Shown here in pieces: positions 1 through 8,598 of a stretch of 43,359 nt of DNA. This stretch comes from a virus (Duplodnaviria > Caudoviricetes), in the IMG/VR virus record IMGVR_UViG_3300033067_000144, positions 1-43,359 of that record; one strand, written 5' to 3'. A program made the translations under genes and the position numbers. Every line of letters begins with the position of its first letter. Position 1 is the stretch's first letter. The notes under the pieces are model-generated. The model made no database searches, had not been told where the DNA came from, and saw only the letters and a list, made by a program, of their open reading frames with translations.

Positions 1-410
1 GGGCCAACGCGGCAACCACAGGCTACAGGGCCAACGCGGCAACCACAGGCTACAGGGCCAACGCGGCAACCACAGGCGAGGGGGCCAACGCGGCAACCAC
101 AGGCGAGGGGGCCAACGCGGCAACCACAGGCTACAGGGCCAACGCGGCAACCACAGGCAACTGGGCCAACGCGGCAACCACAGGCTACAGGGCCAACGCG
201 GCAACCACAGGCGAGGGGGCCGTGGCTGCCAGTTTAGGCCGTGAAGGTAAGGCAAAAGCCGAAATTGGCGGTGCCGTCGTGTTGGTTCACCGCGGTAAAC
301 GTGGCGTCATCATGCACATCCGCGCCAGCAAGGTTGGTGAAAACGGCATCAAGCCTGACATTTGGTATTCACTCGACGCCAACGGTGAATTTGTCGAGGT
401 TGCCGAATGA
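1..410 (+). CDS. 3' part of a 279-aa repeat protein that starts at 42930 and crosses the circular join (ANAATTG-xx repeats plus a C-terminal domain)
   Basis: The frame runs through the repeats into AVAASLGREGK...ASKVGENGIKPDIWYSLDANGEFVEVAE*. The end of the window (...ggcaact) plus base 1 (gggcc) gives in-frame AAC TGG GCC. Total length is 430+410=840 bp. Confidence 0.85.
   Translation, partial: ANAATTGYRANAATTGYRANAATTGEGANAATTGEGANAATTGYRANAATTGNWANAATTGYRANAATTGEGAVAASLGREGKAKAEIGGAVVLVHRGKRGVIMHIRASKVGENGIKPDIWYSLDANGEFVEVAE
3..218 (+). repeat. 8 copies of a 27-bp coding tandem repeat (GCCAACGCGGCAACCACAGGC + variable hexamer)
   Basis: Units start at 3, 30, 57, 84, 111, 138, 165 and 192. 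Variable dipeptides are YR, YR, EG, EG, YR, NW, YR, EG. Confidence 0.97.
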
Positions 411-565
411 GCAAACCAGCCAAGCGCCAATTGAACGCCGCCGAAGAACGTGAGCAAGCCGATTTGTTGGCGCGCATTCGAACTTTGAAAGCTGCCAAGC
501 TTCACGCTTCGGCCCGTGCACTACGCCAAAAACTGGCGGCTTTGCGTGGCGGGTACGAACTATGA
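407..565 (+). CDS. small basic hypothetical protein (52 aa, MSKPAKRQLNAAEERE...), not in the ORF track
   Basis: Translated by hand. It has ATGA overlaps with both the upstream gene and the downstream helicase. Confidence 0.7.
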   Translation: MSKPAKRQLNAAEEREQADLLARIRTLKAAKLHASARALRQKLAALRGGYEL

Positions 566-2292
566 GCCGTCTTCGACCTTTCCAAGCCACGATCAAAAGC
601 GAAGTGTTTGCGGCTTGGAATGAAGGCAAACAAAACGTCTTGGTGAAGTCGCCAACGGGTTCAGGTAAAACAGTGATCGTCGCTGACATTGTCCGAACCT
701 TTGACCGTGCGGCGGCGGTGATCGCTCATCGCTCAGAGCTGGTGAGCCAAATCTCGCTGGCGCTGGCGCGTGAAGGCGTGACCCACCGCATCGTCGGGCC
801 TGACAGTTTGCGCCGCAACTGCGTGTCAGTGCAAATGGATCGCCTCGGGCGCTCTATGTACGATCCGGGCGCGCGGGTTGGTGTATGCGGCGTCGATACC
901 TTGATCAACCGAGATGTGAGCGCTGACGCTTGGTTCCGTCAAGTTGGCCTTTGGGTACAAGACGAAGCCCACCACGTGTTGCGCAAAAACAAATGGGGTG
1001 AGGCGGCTGAAATGTTCCCCAACGCCAAAGGCTTAGGGGTCACGGCCACGCCACCACGTGCTGACGGCAAGGGGCTTGGTCGCCACGCTGACGGATTGTT
1101 CGATGTGTTGGTCTATGGGCCTGAAATGCGCACGCTGATCGACTCGGGCTACATGACGGACTACCGCATATTCGCGCCACCTTCGGACGTTGATTATTCC
1201 GAAGTCAAGATGACAGCCTCGGGTGACTTGAGCCCTGCCAAGTTGCGCGCCGCGGTGCATGCGTCCGACTCCATCGTGGGTGACGTGGTGTCGCACTACT
1301 TGAAGATCGCCAAAGGCAAGCTTGGCGTCACGTTTGCGGTGGACGTTGAATCGGCTAAAGAGATTGCGGCTGCATTCAAAGCCAACGGTGTGCCGGCAGA
1401 GGTGGTGACGGCCAAGACACCTGATCTTTTGCGTGCACAAATCCTGCGCCGGTTCGAAGCGCGCCAAATCCTACAGCTGGTCAACGTCGATTTGTTTGGT
1501 GAAGGCTTTGACCTTCCGGCCATTGAAGTCGTGTCGATGGTTCGCAAAACCGAAAGCTGGCCGTTGTTTGTTCAACAGTTTGGCCGTGCCCTTCGCCTCA
1601 TGATCTCACCTGAGTTGGTGAAGGTTTGGGACACGTTCACGGATGAGCAACGCCTCGCCCACATTGCGGCGTCAGGTAAACCTGTGGCGCTCATCATCGA
1701 CCACGTGGGTAACGTCATTCGTCATGGGCTACCCGACGCGCCGCGCCTTGACACACTGGACGGGCGCGACCGCCGACATTCAGGCCCATCGGACGCCATG
1801 CCACTGCGCGTGTGCGCCAACCCGAACGCTGACGGCATGGGCACGCCGTGCGCTTCGGTGTACCAACGGTTCATGAAGGTGTGCCCGTTTTGCAACTTCT
1901 ACCCCGAACCACCAGCGCGCACCGCGCCTGAGTTTGTCGACGGTGACTTGTTTGAGCTTGACCCTGACACCCTTGCCGCCATGCGTGGCAAAGCGGCAGT
2001 GATCGACGGTGCGCCTCGCATACCTGGACACTTGAACCTGATCGCGGCGGCTGGCGTACGCAAGCAACATGAGGCGCGCTATTCAGCCCAGCAACAATTG
2101 CGCAACTTGATCGCGCTGTGGTCCGGCTGGCAACTCACGCTTGGCCGTGACGATTCGCAAAGCTACCGGATTTTCTACCACACGTTTGGCATCGACGTGC
2201 TGTCAGCGCAAGCCTTGGGGCGACCCGAAGCCGAGTCGCTTGCCGCAAAAATCCAACAAATCTTAGACAAAGCCGGAGTCGTTTCAGCATGA
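562..2292 (+). CDS. superfamily 2 DEAH-box DNA helicase with C-terminal Cys cluster
   Basis: Walker A SPTGSGKT, DEAHH, TATP, EGFDLP, QQFGRALR and C-terminal CPFC. Confidence 0.92.
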   Translation: MSRLRPFQATIKSEVFAAWNEGKQNVLVKSPTGSGKTVIVADIVRTFDRAAAVIAHRSELVSQISLALAREGVTHRIVGPDSLRRNCVSVQMDRLGRSMYDPGARVGVCGVDTLINRDVSADAWFRQVGLWVQDEAHHVLRKNKWGEAAEMFPNAKGLGVTATPPRADGKGLGRHADGLFDVLVYGPEMRTLIDSGYMTDYRIFAPPSDVDYSEVKMTASGDLSPAKLRAAVHASDSIVGDVVSHYLKIAKGKLGVTFAVDVESAKEIAAAFKANGVPAEVVTAKTPDLLRAQILRRFEARQILQLVNVDLFGEGFDLPAIEVVSMVRKTESWPLFVQQFGRALRLMISPELVKVWDTFTDEQRLAHIAASGKPVALIIDHVGNVIRHGLPDAPRLDTLDGRDRRHSGPSDAMPLRVCANPNADGMGTPCASVYQRFMKVCPFCNFYPEPPARTAPEFVDGDLFELDPDTLAAMRGKAAVIDGAPRIPGHLNLIAAAGVRKQHEARYSAQQQLRNLIALWSGWQLTLGRDDSQSYRIFYHTFGIDVLSAQALGRPEAESLAAKIQQILDKAGVVSA

Positions 2293-2774
2293 GCAATATT
2301 CACGAATGGGCGGTGCGTTGGGGTGTACCCATCGAAGCGGTGCGCGATCTGCAAGTCACCTTGGGGACATATACCCCGCCGCTCGACCCCACAGCGCCAG
2401 CCTACGGCAAGTCCGAGGCGTGGGCGCAAAGCGCGGTGCGCCTTGAGGCTTCGCAAAAAGGCATCAAGCTATTTCGCAACAACGTGGGTGCGCTCAAAGA
2501 TGCCAAAGGGCGACTCATTCGCTATGGGCTTGGCAACGATACCCCCGCGCTCAATGAGGTGCTCAAGTCTGCCGACCTGATCGGTGTGCGCCAAGTGCTA
2601 ATCCAGCCCCAGCATGTAGGGCATGTTATGGGCCAGTTTGTTTCGCGTGAGATCAAGGAGCCCAATTGGCAATACACTGGCGCTGGGCGTGAACCCGCAC
2701 AGCTTGCTTGGGCCAACCTGATCAATGCAATGGGTGGTGACGCCGCGTTTGCCACGGGCACTGGTTCGTTATAA
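2289..2774 (+). CDS. VRR-NUC / PD-(D/E)XK-family nuclease
   Basis: SE..Q, LFRNNVG, SADLIG, EIK and Q..W motifs; sits next to the helicase. Confidence 0.75.
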   Translation: MSNIHEWAVRWGVPIEAVRDLQVTLGTYTPPLDPTAPAYGKSEAWAQSAVRLEASQKGIKLFRNNVGALKDAKGRLIRYGLGNDTPALNEVLKSADLIGVRQVLIQPQHVGHVMGQFVSREIKEPNWQYTGAGREPAQLAWANLINAMGGDAAFATGTGSL

Positions 2775-2775
2775 G

Positions 2776-2805
2776 TTGACTATTCCGTCAATTAGCCGCT
2801 ATACT
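2776..2805 (+). promoter_or_regulatory. sigma70-like promoter with an inverted repeat over the -35 box
   Basis: TTGACT-N18-TATACT; TTGAC-N6-GTCAA at 2776-2791; the ATG lies only 7 nt after the -10 box. Confidence 0.65.
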
Positions 2806-2812
2806 CACGCAC

Positions 2813-3130
2813 ATGAAAACACAAATCAAACTCGAAGCACGCGAACGGATCGCTCAGATTCTGACCGCTGCCCTTGAACTTTCATCAACCCGCGAGGGTG
2901 GATATTCACGCTTGACCCGCGACGACATTGCGGTGCACATCAAGATACCACCATCACTCATCACTTACCACTTGGGCACCATGGCCGAATTGCGCCGCGA
3001 CATCATGCGTGAGGCTGTTCGGGTGTCTTGCCTGCCGGTCATTGCTCAAGGTCTTGCCTGCCGTGATCGCCACGCTCTCAAAGCCTCCGACGAATTGCGC
3101 CAACTCGCCTTGCAATCGGTGTTCAAGTGA
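2813..3130 (+). CDS. TetR-like HTH transcriptional regulator
   Basis: ILTAALEL...GYSRLTRDDIAVHIKIPPSLITYHLGTMAELR matches the TetR N-terminal HTH pattern. Confidence 0.75.
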   Translation: MKTQIKLEARERIAQILTAALELSSTREGGYSRLTRDDIAVHIKIPPSLITYHLGTMAELRRDIMREAVRVSCLPVIAQGLACRDRHALKASDELRQLALQSVFK

Positions 3131-5496
3131 TGCAGACATTACCTTCGGCGCTTGCTCCGCTGGCGGCTTACCGTCAATTCCTTTGCTATGCCTTAGTCCC
3201 CAGCACCACCAAAGCTGGCAAGATGGATAAGCTGCCTATGAGCCCGTTCACGGGTCGGGTGTGCTCAGCCCATGATGCCACTCAATGGACGGATGCCGAC
3301 CACGCGTGCGCCACTGCCACCGCTTGGGGTGAGGGTTTTGGGGTGGCGTTTGTATTTACGGCCAATGACCCGTTCTTTTTTATCGACTTGGACGGATGCT
3401 TTGACGGCACCACATGGTCACCCACTGCCCTCAAGATTGCTTCACTGTTTCAAGGTGCGGCCATGGAGATCAGCCAATCAGGCATGGGTATGCACATCTT
3501 TGGCACGGGCTATGCGCCAGCCCACGGCAAGAAGAATGCCGAGCTGGGCCTTGAGTTCTACACCGAATTGCGCTTTGTCGCCTTGACTGGTGTGGGTGCC
3601 GTGGGTAATGCGGCCACCGACCACACCGTGGCGCTACACGCCATCACAGCCGAATACTTTCCTCCCACTGCCAATGCTGGCGCTGACGGTGATTTCACCC
3701 TGAGCGACACACCAGTCGACGAGTGGCGAGGCCCTACCGATGATGATGACCTGATTCGCCGCGCCCTTATGTCACGCAGCGCCGCCAGCGCCTTTGGTGG
3801 CCGTGCCAGCTTCAAAGACCTTTGGGAGTGCAACACGCAAGCCTTGGGTCAAGCCTATCCCGATGGCAACGGACGCATGTTTGATGCCTCACAGGCTGAC
3901 GCGGCCCTTGCCTCACACTTGGCGTTTTGGACGGGTCGCAACGGTGAGCGCATCAAACGTTTGATGTTGCAATCAGGCTTGGTACGTGACAAATGGCACC
4001 GCGACGACTACCTCCCGCGCACCATTGCCAACTTGCTGTCACAGCCAGGTGATGTGCTCACCGACAAACTGCCTGAGCCTCCAAGCTTGCCCCAAGCGGC
4101 GGCGTCAGCCCCGATGCAAGCTGACGTGACCGGCCAAACCTTTTTGAATGCTGAGGCGCAAAAGGCATTATTCAGCGGCTGTGTGTACGTGCAAGACCGC
4201 CACCGCGTGCTCACGCCCGGCGGCTCATTGCTTAAGCCTGATCAGTTCCGTGTAGCATTTGGCGGCTACGTCTTCGCCATGGATGCGGTCAACGAGCGCA
4301 CCACGCGCAACGCTTGGGAGGCATTTACAGAGTCACAGGCTTTGCGCGCACCACGCGCCGACACGATTTGCTTTAAGCCGGACCGTGCACCAGGTGAGAT
4401 CGTCAGCGATGCTGGGCGCACTCGTGTCAACACTTGGTGGCCTGCGGATGTGCGCCGCCAAACTGGTGACCTCACACCTTTCATGACGCACTTGGGCAAG
4501 ATACTGCCCGATGCCCGTGACCAAAAGATTTTGTTGTCATACATGGCGGCATGCGTGCAGCATAAAGGAATCAAGTTCCCTTGGGCACCGGTACTGCAAG
4601 GTGTCGAGGGTAACGGCAAGACGCTGTTCAGCGCGTGTGTGGCCGAGGCCGTGGGTCAACACTATTGCCACTGGCCTGATGCCCGTGACCTTGACAGCCA
4701 ATTCAACGGTTGGTTGGCTGACCGCGTGTTCATTGCGGTCGAAGAACTTTATGCACCCGAGCATCAAAACGAGATCGTGGACATTTTGAAAACGATCATC
4801 ACCGGCTCGACGGGTAAGCAAATCCAGTACAAGGGCGTGGACCAAACGTCAATGCAGATTTGTTGCAACGTGATGATCACCACAAACTACAAGAACGTCA
4901 TTCGCAAGACTCCTGACAACTCGCGCCGCTTTGCCCTGTTCTACACGGCCCAGCAAACCATGGCCGACATTGTCAAAAGTGGCATGAATGGTGACTATTT
5001 CCCCAAGCTTTATAACTGGTTGAAGAATGAAAACGGCTTTGCGATTGTCTCTGAGCTGTTGCACACCTATCCGATTGACCCTGAGTTCAACCCAGCCCAC
5101 GCAATGCACCGTGCGCCTGACACCAGCACAACTGACTTAGCGATCATTGAAAGCCGCGGCGGCGTCGAGCAACAAATTGCCGAAGTCATCGCCCAAGATC
5201 AGCCGGGCTTTATGGGCGGTTGGGTGTCGTCTATTCAGCTTGACCGCTTGATCACTGACACCTTGAAGATGGGCAACCGAATCAACCACGCCAAGCGCCG
5301 TGAGCTCATGCAGGGCATGGGCTACATATTGCACCCGGGCTTGCCCGATGGCCGCGTCAACAACCCCGTGCAACCGGACGGGCGCAAGCCGCAATTGTTT
5401 GTTTTGGCAAACAGCCCGGCCGCCAATATTGTCGGCGCAGCCAACATTGCTAGGGCATACAGCGAGGCTCAACAAATGAGCCCAATCAAACAATAA
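3127..5496 (+). CDS. DNA primase-helicase (N-terminal AEP/primpol-like domain, C-terminal P-loop NTPase)
   Basis: FIDLD and EISQSGMGMHIF (AEP motifs); DASQADAALASHLAFW..RDKW; Walker A GVEGNGKT; Walker B IAVEE; SRRF. Confidence 0.85.
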   Translation: MMQTLPSALAPLAAYRQFLCYALVPSTTKAGKMDKLPMSPFTGRVCSAHDATQWTDADHACATATAWGEGFGVAFVFTANDPFFFIDLDGCFDGTTWSPTALKIASLFQGAAMEISQSGMGMHIFGTGYAPAHGKKNAELGLEFYTELRFVALTGVGAVGNAATDHTVALHAITAEYFPPTANAGADGDFTLSDTPVDEWRGPTDDDDLIRRALMSRSAASAFGGRASFKDLWECNTQALGQAYPDGNGRMFDASQADAALASHLAFWTGRNGERIKRLMLQSGLVRDKWHRDDYLPRTIANLLSQPGDVLTDKLPEPPSLPQAAASAPMQADVTGQTFLNAEAQKALFSGCVYVQDRHRVLTPGGSLLKPDQFRVAFGGYVFAMDAVNERTTRNAWEAFTESQALRAPRADTICFKPDRAPGEIVSDAGRTRVNTWWPADVRRQTGDLTPFMTHLGKILPDARDQKILLSYMAACVQHKGIKFPWAPVLQGVEGNGKTLFSACVAEAVGQHYCHWPDARDLDSQFNGWLADRVFIAVEELYAPEHQNEIVDILKTIITGSTGKQIQYKGVDQTSMQICCNVMITTNYKNVIRKTPDNSRRFALFYTAQQTMADIVKSGMNGDYFPKLYNWLKNENGFAIVSELLHTYPIDPEFNPAHAMHRAPDTSTTDLAIIESRGGVEQQIAEVIAQDQPGFMGGWVSSIQLDRLITDTLKMGNRINHAKRRELMQGMGYILHPGLPDGRVNNPVQPDGRKPQLFVLANSPAANIVGAANIARAYSEAQQMSPIKQ

Positions 5497-5513
5497 AAAT
5501 TTTTTCGTCATAC

Positions 5514-5565
5514 TTGTCTATTTAAAAAAGTGTGACATAATGCAAACCTCACTAACCAAAAAGGA
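5514..5565 (+). promoter_or_regulatory. promoter/RBS cassette, copy 1
   Basis: TTGTCT-N16-CATAAT followed by AAGGAG; 44/52 identical to 42871-42922. Confidence 0.7.
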
Positions 5566-5572
5566 GTTCAAA

Positions 5573-6352
5573 GTGAAACTTGAAATTAACCTGGCAGACC
5601 GCGACGAAATCGCTGCAGCCGCGTCTCTGTTGCAAGTACTGCTTGACAACACAATTAAAGTTGGAGGTGCCGTTGAGCCAGCCCCTTTAGCGCCTGTGGC
5701 CCCTGCCCCAGTGGCTGTGGCTGTTCCAGCACCGCCGATTGTCCCCGTGGCGCCCGAGGTTTCTTTGGCACAGCCGAGCGCCCCGTTACCGCCTGTAGCA
5801 ACCGTTCCCGTGGTGGATGCCCCGACGGCACCTGTGGCCCCCACAGTCCCTGCAAGCGGCGTTGAACTCGACACCAAAGGTTTGCCATGGGACGAGCGTA
5901 TTCATTCGTCTAGCAAAGCCAAAGTGCAATCGGGCGAATGGAAAGCTAAGCGCGGCATCAATGACCCTTCGTTCGTTGCCAACGTCGAAGCTGAATTGCG
6001 CCAATTGGTTGCCGCTGGCGTGAACATTCCCGAAGCCATGGGCACAATGGACCCAAGCGCTGTGTTTGGTGGCTCGGAGGTGCCAGCAGCCCCCGCCCCT
6101 TTCGTTCCCCCGGCTGTGCCCTTACCGCCTGCCGCGCCGGTTGCGCCTTTGGCAAGTGCCGACCCGACAACATTTGAGCAATTGATGCCCCGCATCACAC
6201 CCGCTGTCATGGCGCAAATCTTGCCGCCAACCGCATTGCCTCAAGCATGCGCCGCGCACGGCTTGGCTAGCGTGGTCGCGTTGCAAACAAGCCCAGCTCA
6301 CGTGCCGTTGGTTTGGGCAACCCTCAAACAACAATACCCAGCACTGACATGA
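5573..6352 (+). CDS. Pro/Ala-rich hypothetical protein with a small globular core (ELDTKGLPWDERIHSS)
   Basis: Track ORF 5540-6352. The GTG at 5573 is preferred as start because it follows the AAGGAG RBS. Confidence 0.75.
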   Translation: MKLEINLADRDEIAAAASLLQVLLDNTIKVGGAVEPAPLAPVAPAPVAVAVPAPPIVPVAPEVSLAQPSAPLPPVATVPVVDAPTAPVAPTVPASGVELDTKGLPWDERIHSSSKAKVQSGEWKAKRGINDPSFVANVEAELRQLVAAGVNIPEAMGTMDPSAVFGGSEVPAAPAPFVPPAVPLPPAAPVAPLASADPTTFEQLMPRITPAVMAQILPPTALPQACAAHGLASVVALQTSPAHVPLVWATLKQQYPALT

Positions 6353-7494
6353 GCGAACACGCTTTCTTAGCGCCTTCATCGGCGGCACGCTGGGTGCGTT
6401 GCGCATTCAGTCCAACACTTGAGGCTGCGTACCCTGAAAAGGAGCAAAGCCCCAAGTCGCTCGAAGGCACTGCCGCCCACTGGGCTGTGCAAATGTTGCT
6501 GCAGGGTGCCCCTGTGGCGATTGACACACAAGCGCCCAATGGCGTGTCGGTGACCGAGGAAATGCTCGAAGCGGCTGTAATGGTCCAAGAGGACATTGTG
6601 CAAACCTTGGGTGATGGCTGGCGCGAAAAGCTGGTCATTGAAAAGCGCGTCGACATTAAGCGCGTCCACGAATCGGCCAACTGGGGTACACCCGATTACC
6701 GAGCGTGGACAACCCTTGGTGACGGTCGACTCAAGCTGTTTGTTTGGGATTTCAAGTATGGCCACGGTATTGTTGAAGCCTTTGAAAACTGGCAATTGAT
6801 CGACTACACCGCAGGCATCTTGGGTGAAGCTCAGATCAACGGTTTACAAGACCAAAACACTGTGGTGGACATGCGGGTCATTCAGCCTCGCGCATTCCAC
6901 CGTGACGGCCCTGTGCGCTCGTGGATGGTGGTTGCATCTGATTTGCGCTCACATATCAATCGACTGTCTATGGCAGCCGACGATGCGATGAGTGCAACGC
7001 CCACGGCAAGCCCTCACCCTGTCGCCTGTGAAAACTGTCAAGGTCGCCACGCCTGTGAGGCTTTACAACGTGCAGCCTACTTTGCCGCCGATTATGGTCA
7101 ACAAGCTGGCGCACTTGATTTGACGCCACATGCGCTGGGTCTTGAACTTCGCGCGCTGAGCCGTGCTCACGCATTGCTTGAGGCTCGAATGACTGGCCTG
7201 CAGGCGCAAGCCGAAGCACTATTGCGTACCGGCAAGCTGGTGCCGTTTTGGATGATTGAAACTAAGCCGGGCAACTTAGCCTGGACAAAGCCAGTCGCCG
7301 AAGTTTTGGCACTTGGTCAAATGATGGGTCTTGATCTAGCCAAGCCCGTCGATGCGATCACCCCAGCGCAAGCCAAGAAAGCGGGTTTGCCCGACGCCTT
7401 GGTCAACACTTACGCCGCACGCCCAACAGGTTCGGCGAAATTAAAACCAGATGATGGTTCCAAAGCACGTTTAACTTTTTCTTCCACTACCTGA
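6349..7494 (+). CDS. Cas4-like PD-(D/E)XK exonuclease (DUF2800 type)
   Basis: HAFLAPSSAARWVRC, EGTAAH, WGTPD, DFKYG, NWQL and C..C....C; ATGA overlap at 6349. Confidence 0.85.
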   Translation: MSEHAFLAPSSAARWVRCAFSPTLEAAYPEKEQSPKSLEGTAAHWAVQMLLQGAPVAIDTQAPNGVSVTEEMLEAAVMVQEDIVQTLGDGWREKLVIEKRVDIKRVHESANWGTPDYRAWTTLGDGRLKLFVWDFKYGHGIVEAFENWQLIDYTAGILGEAQINGLQDQNTVVDMRVIQPRAFHRDGPVRSWMVVASDLRSHINRLSMAADDAMSATPTASPHPVACENCQGRHACEALQRAAYFAADYGQQAGALDLTPHALGLELRALSRAHALLEARMTGLQAQAEALLRTGKLVPFWMIETKPGNLAWTKPVAEVLALGQMMGLDLAKPVDAITPAQAKKAGLPDALVNTYAARPTGSAKLKPDDGSKARLTFSSTT

Positions 7495-7508
7495 AAGGTA
7501 ACTTTCCC

Positions 7509-8402
7509 ATGAAAACAGAATTTTTGACCCCAGTTGGTCGCCTCGTTCAAGGTGACCCGTTTGAAGCCCAAACCAAAAACATGCAAGGTCAACCCTTGAT
7601 GACCATGTCGGGCCAGCCCACACAGCGCTATTTCATCGGCGTGGCGTTTCGCAAAGACGATCCTGCGTGGCCTGCCTTATACGCCAAGCTGGTTGAGTCT
7701 GCACGCTCAGCTTTCCCCGCATTGTTCGACGCGGCAGGCAATTGCACACACCCACGCTTTTCGTGGAAAGTGGCCGACGGTGACGGTATCGACGACAACG
7801 GCAAGTCCAACGCCAACAAAGAAGGCTTTGCCGGCCATTGGATCCTCAAGTTCTCTAGCTCGTTTGCCCCTCGTTGTTTCCACGCTGGCCACTATCAACC
7901 ACACGAGCAAATCCAAGACCCTCATGCCATCAAGCGTGGCTACTACGTGCGCGTGGCTGGCAGCATTGAAGGCAACAGCAACCCAACGAAGCCCGGCTTG
8001 TATGTCAACCTGAACATGGTCGAGCTGGCAGGCATGGGTGCTGTCATTCAAACTGGCCCCGATGCTGGCGCTGTGTTCGGAGGTGCCCCAGCCCCTTTGC
8101 CCGTGGGCGCTGCACCCTTGCCAATGCACGCTGGTTCTGCACCAGTTGCGGTGCCCTCCATGCCAGCAGTTCCCCAAATGCCTGTGGTTGTTCCACCTAA
8201 CCCTGCATTTTTGGCTGGCCCTCAAGTGCCACAAGTCCCTGCGGTACCGCAAGCCATGCCCATGGCACCTGTTGCACCAATGGCGCCAGCCGCACCCGTG
8301 GGTCCACAAATGACTGCGGCGGCTGGTAATTTCAGTTATGAGCAATACCGTGCTCAGGGCTGGAGCGATGAAGCGTTGCGCGCACAAGGCATGATGCTGT
8401 GA
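7509..8402 (+). CDS. phage single-stranded DNA-binding protein (DUF2815-like) with Pro-rich tail
   Basis: TPVGRL, WKVADGD, GHWILKFSS, GYYVRV and GLYVNL motifs; lies between the nuclease and the polymerase. Confidence 0.7.
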   Translation: MKTEFLTPVGRLVQGDPFEAQTKNMQGQPLMTMSGQPTQRYFIGVAFRKDDPAWPALYAKLVESARSAFPALFDAAGNCTHPRFSWKVADGDGIDDNGKSNANKEGFAGHWILKFSSSFAPRCFHAGHYQPHEQIQDPHAIKRGYYVRVAGSIEGNSNPTKPGLYVNLNMVELAGMGAVIQTGPDAGAVFGGAPAPLPVGAAPLPMHAGSAPVAVPSMPAVPQMPVVVPPNPAFLAGPQVPQVPAVPQAMPMAPVAPMAPAAPVGPQMTAAAGNFSYEQYRAQGWSDEALRAQGMML

Positions 8403-8560
8403 TGGAGACCAAAAAGAAGTCGAGCGGTCGACCGCTCGTTGGCTCTGAAAAAATGAAGCCGATCACAATTCGCTGTACTCCAGCGCAACGTGAAAAGCTT
8501 TCAAAACTAGGCGGTGCACCTTGGATTCGTGCCAAGATCGACGCGGCCAAGATCGGCTAA
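8402..8560 (+). CDS. small ribbon-helix-helix-like DNA-binding protein (52 aa), not in the ORF track
   Basis: Translated by hand: METKKKSSGRPLVGSEKMKPITIRCTPAQREKLSKLGGAPWIRAKIDAAKIG*. TGATG coupling with the SSB gene. Confidence 0.65.
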   Translation: METKKKSSGRPLVGSEKMKPITIRCTPAQREKLSKLGGAPWIRAKIDAAKIG

Positions 8561-8569
8561 ATGCTGCAA

Positions 8570-8591
8570 ACCACGCCTTTCGGGGCGTGGT
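8570..8591 (+). terminator. stem-loop with TTCG loop upstream of the DNA polymerase (weak terminator or attenuator)
   Basis: ACCACGCCT-TTCG-GGGCGTGGT with a poor U-tract. Confidence 0.5.
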
Positions 8592-8598
8592 CTTCACT

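Noticed and set aside
1-218. CRISPR array interpretation of the repeats (21-bp constant part plus variable part), given a Cas4-like gene in the genome
   Set aside because: The 'spacers' are only 6 bp and recur, the period is 27 bp in frame within an ORF, and there are no cas1/cas2 or effector genes. The Cas4-like protein is an ordinary phage replication-module nuclease.
7707-8387. Long antisense ORFs (e.g. 7707-8387, 22970-23638, 26377-26958, 30412-30978)
   Set aside because: They are shadow frames opposite well-supported genes and have no recognisable motifs.
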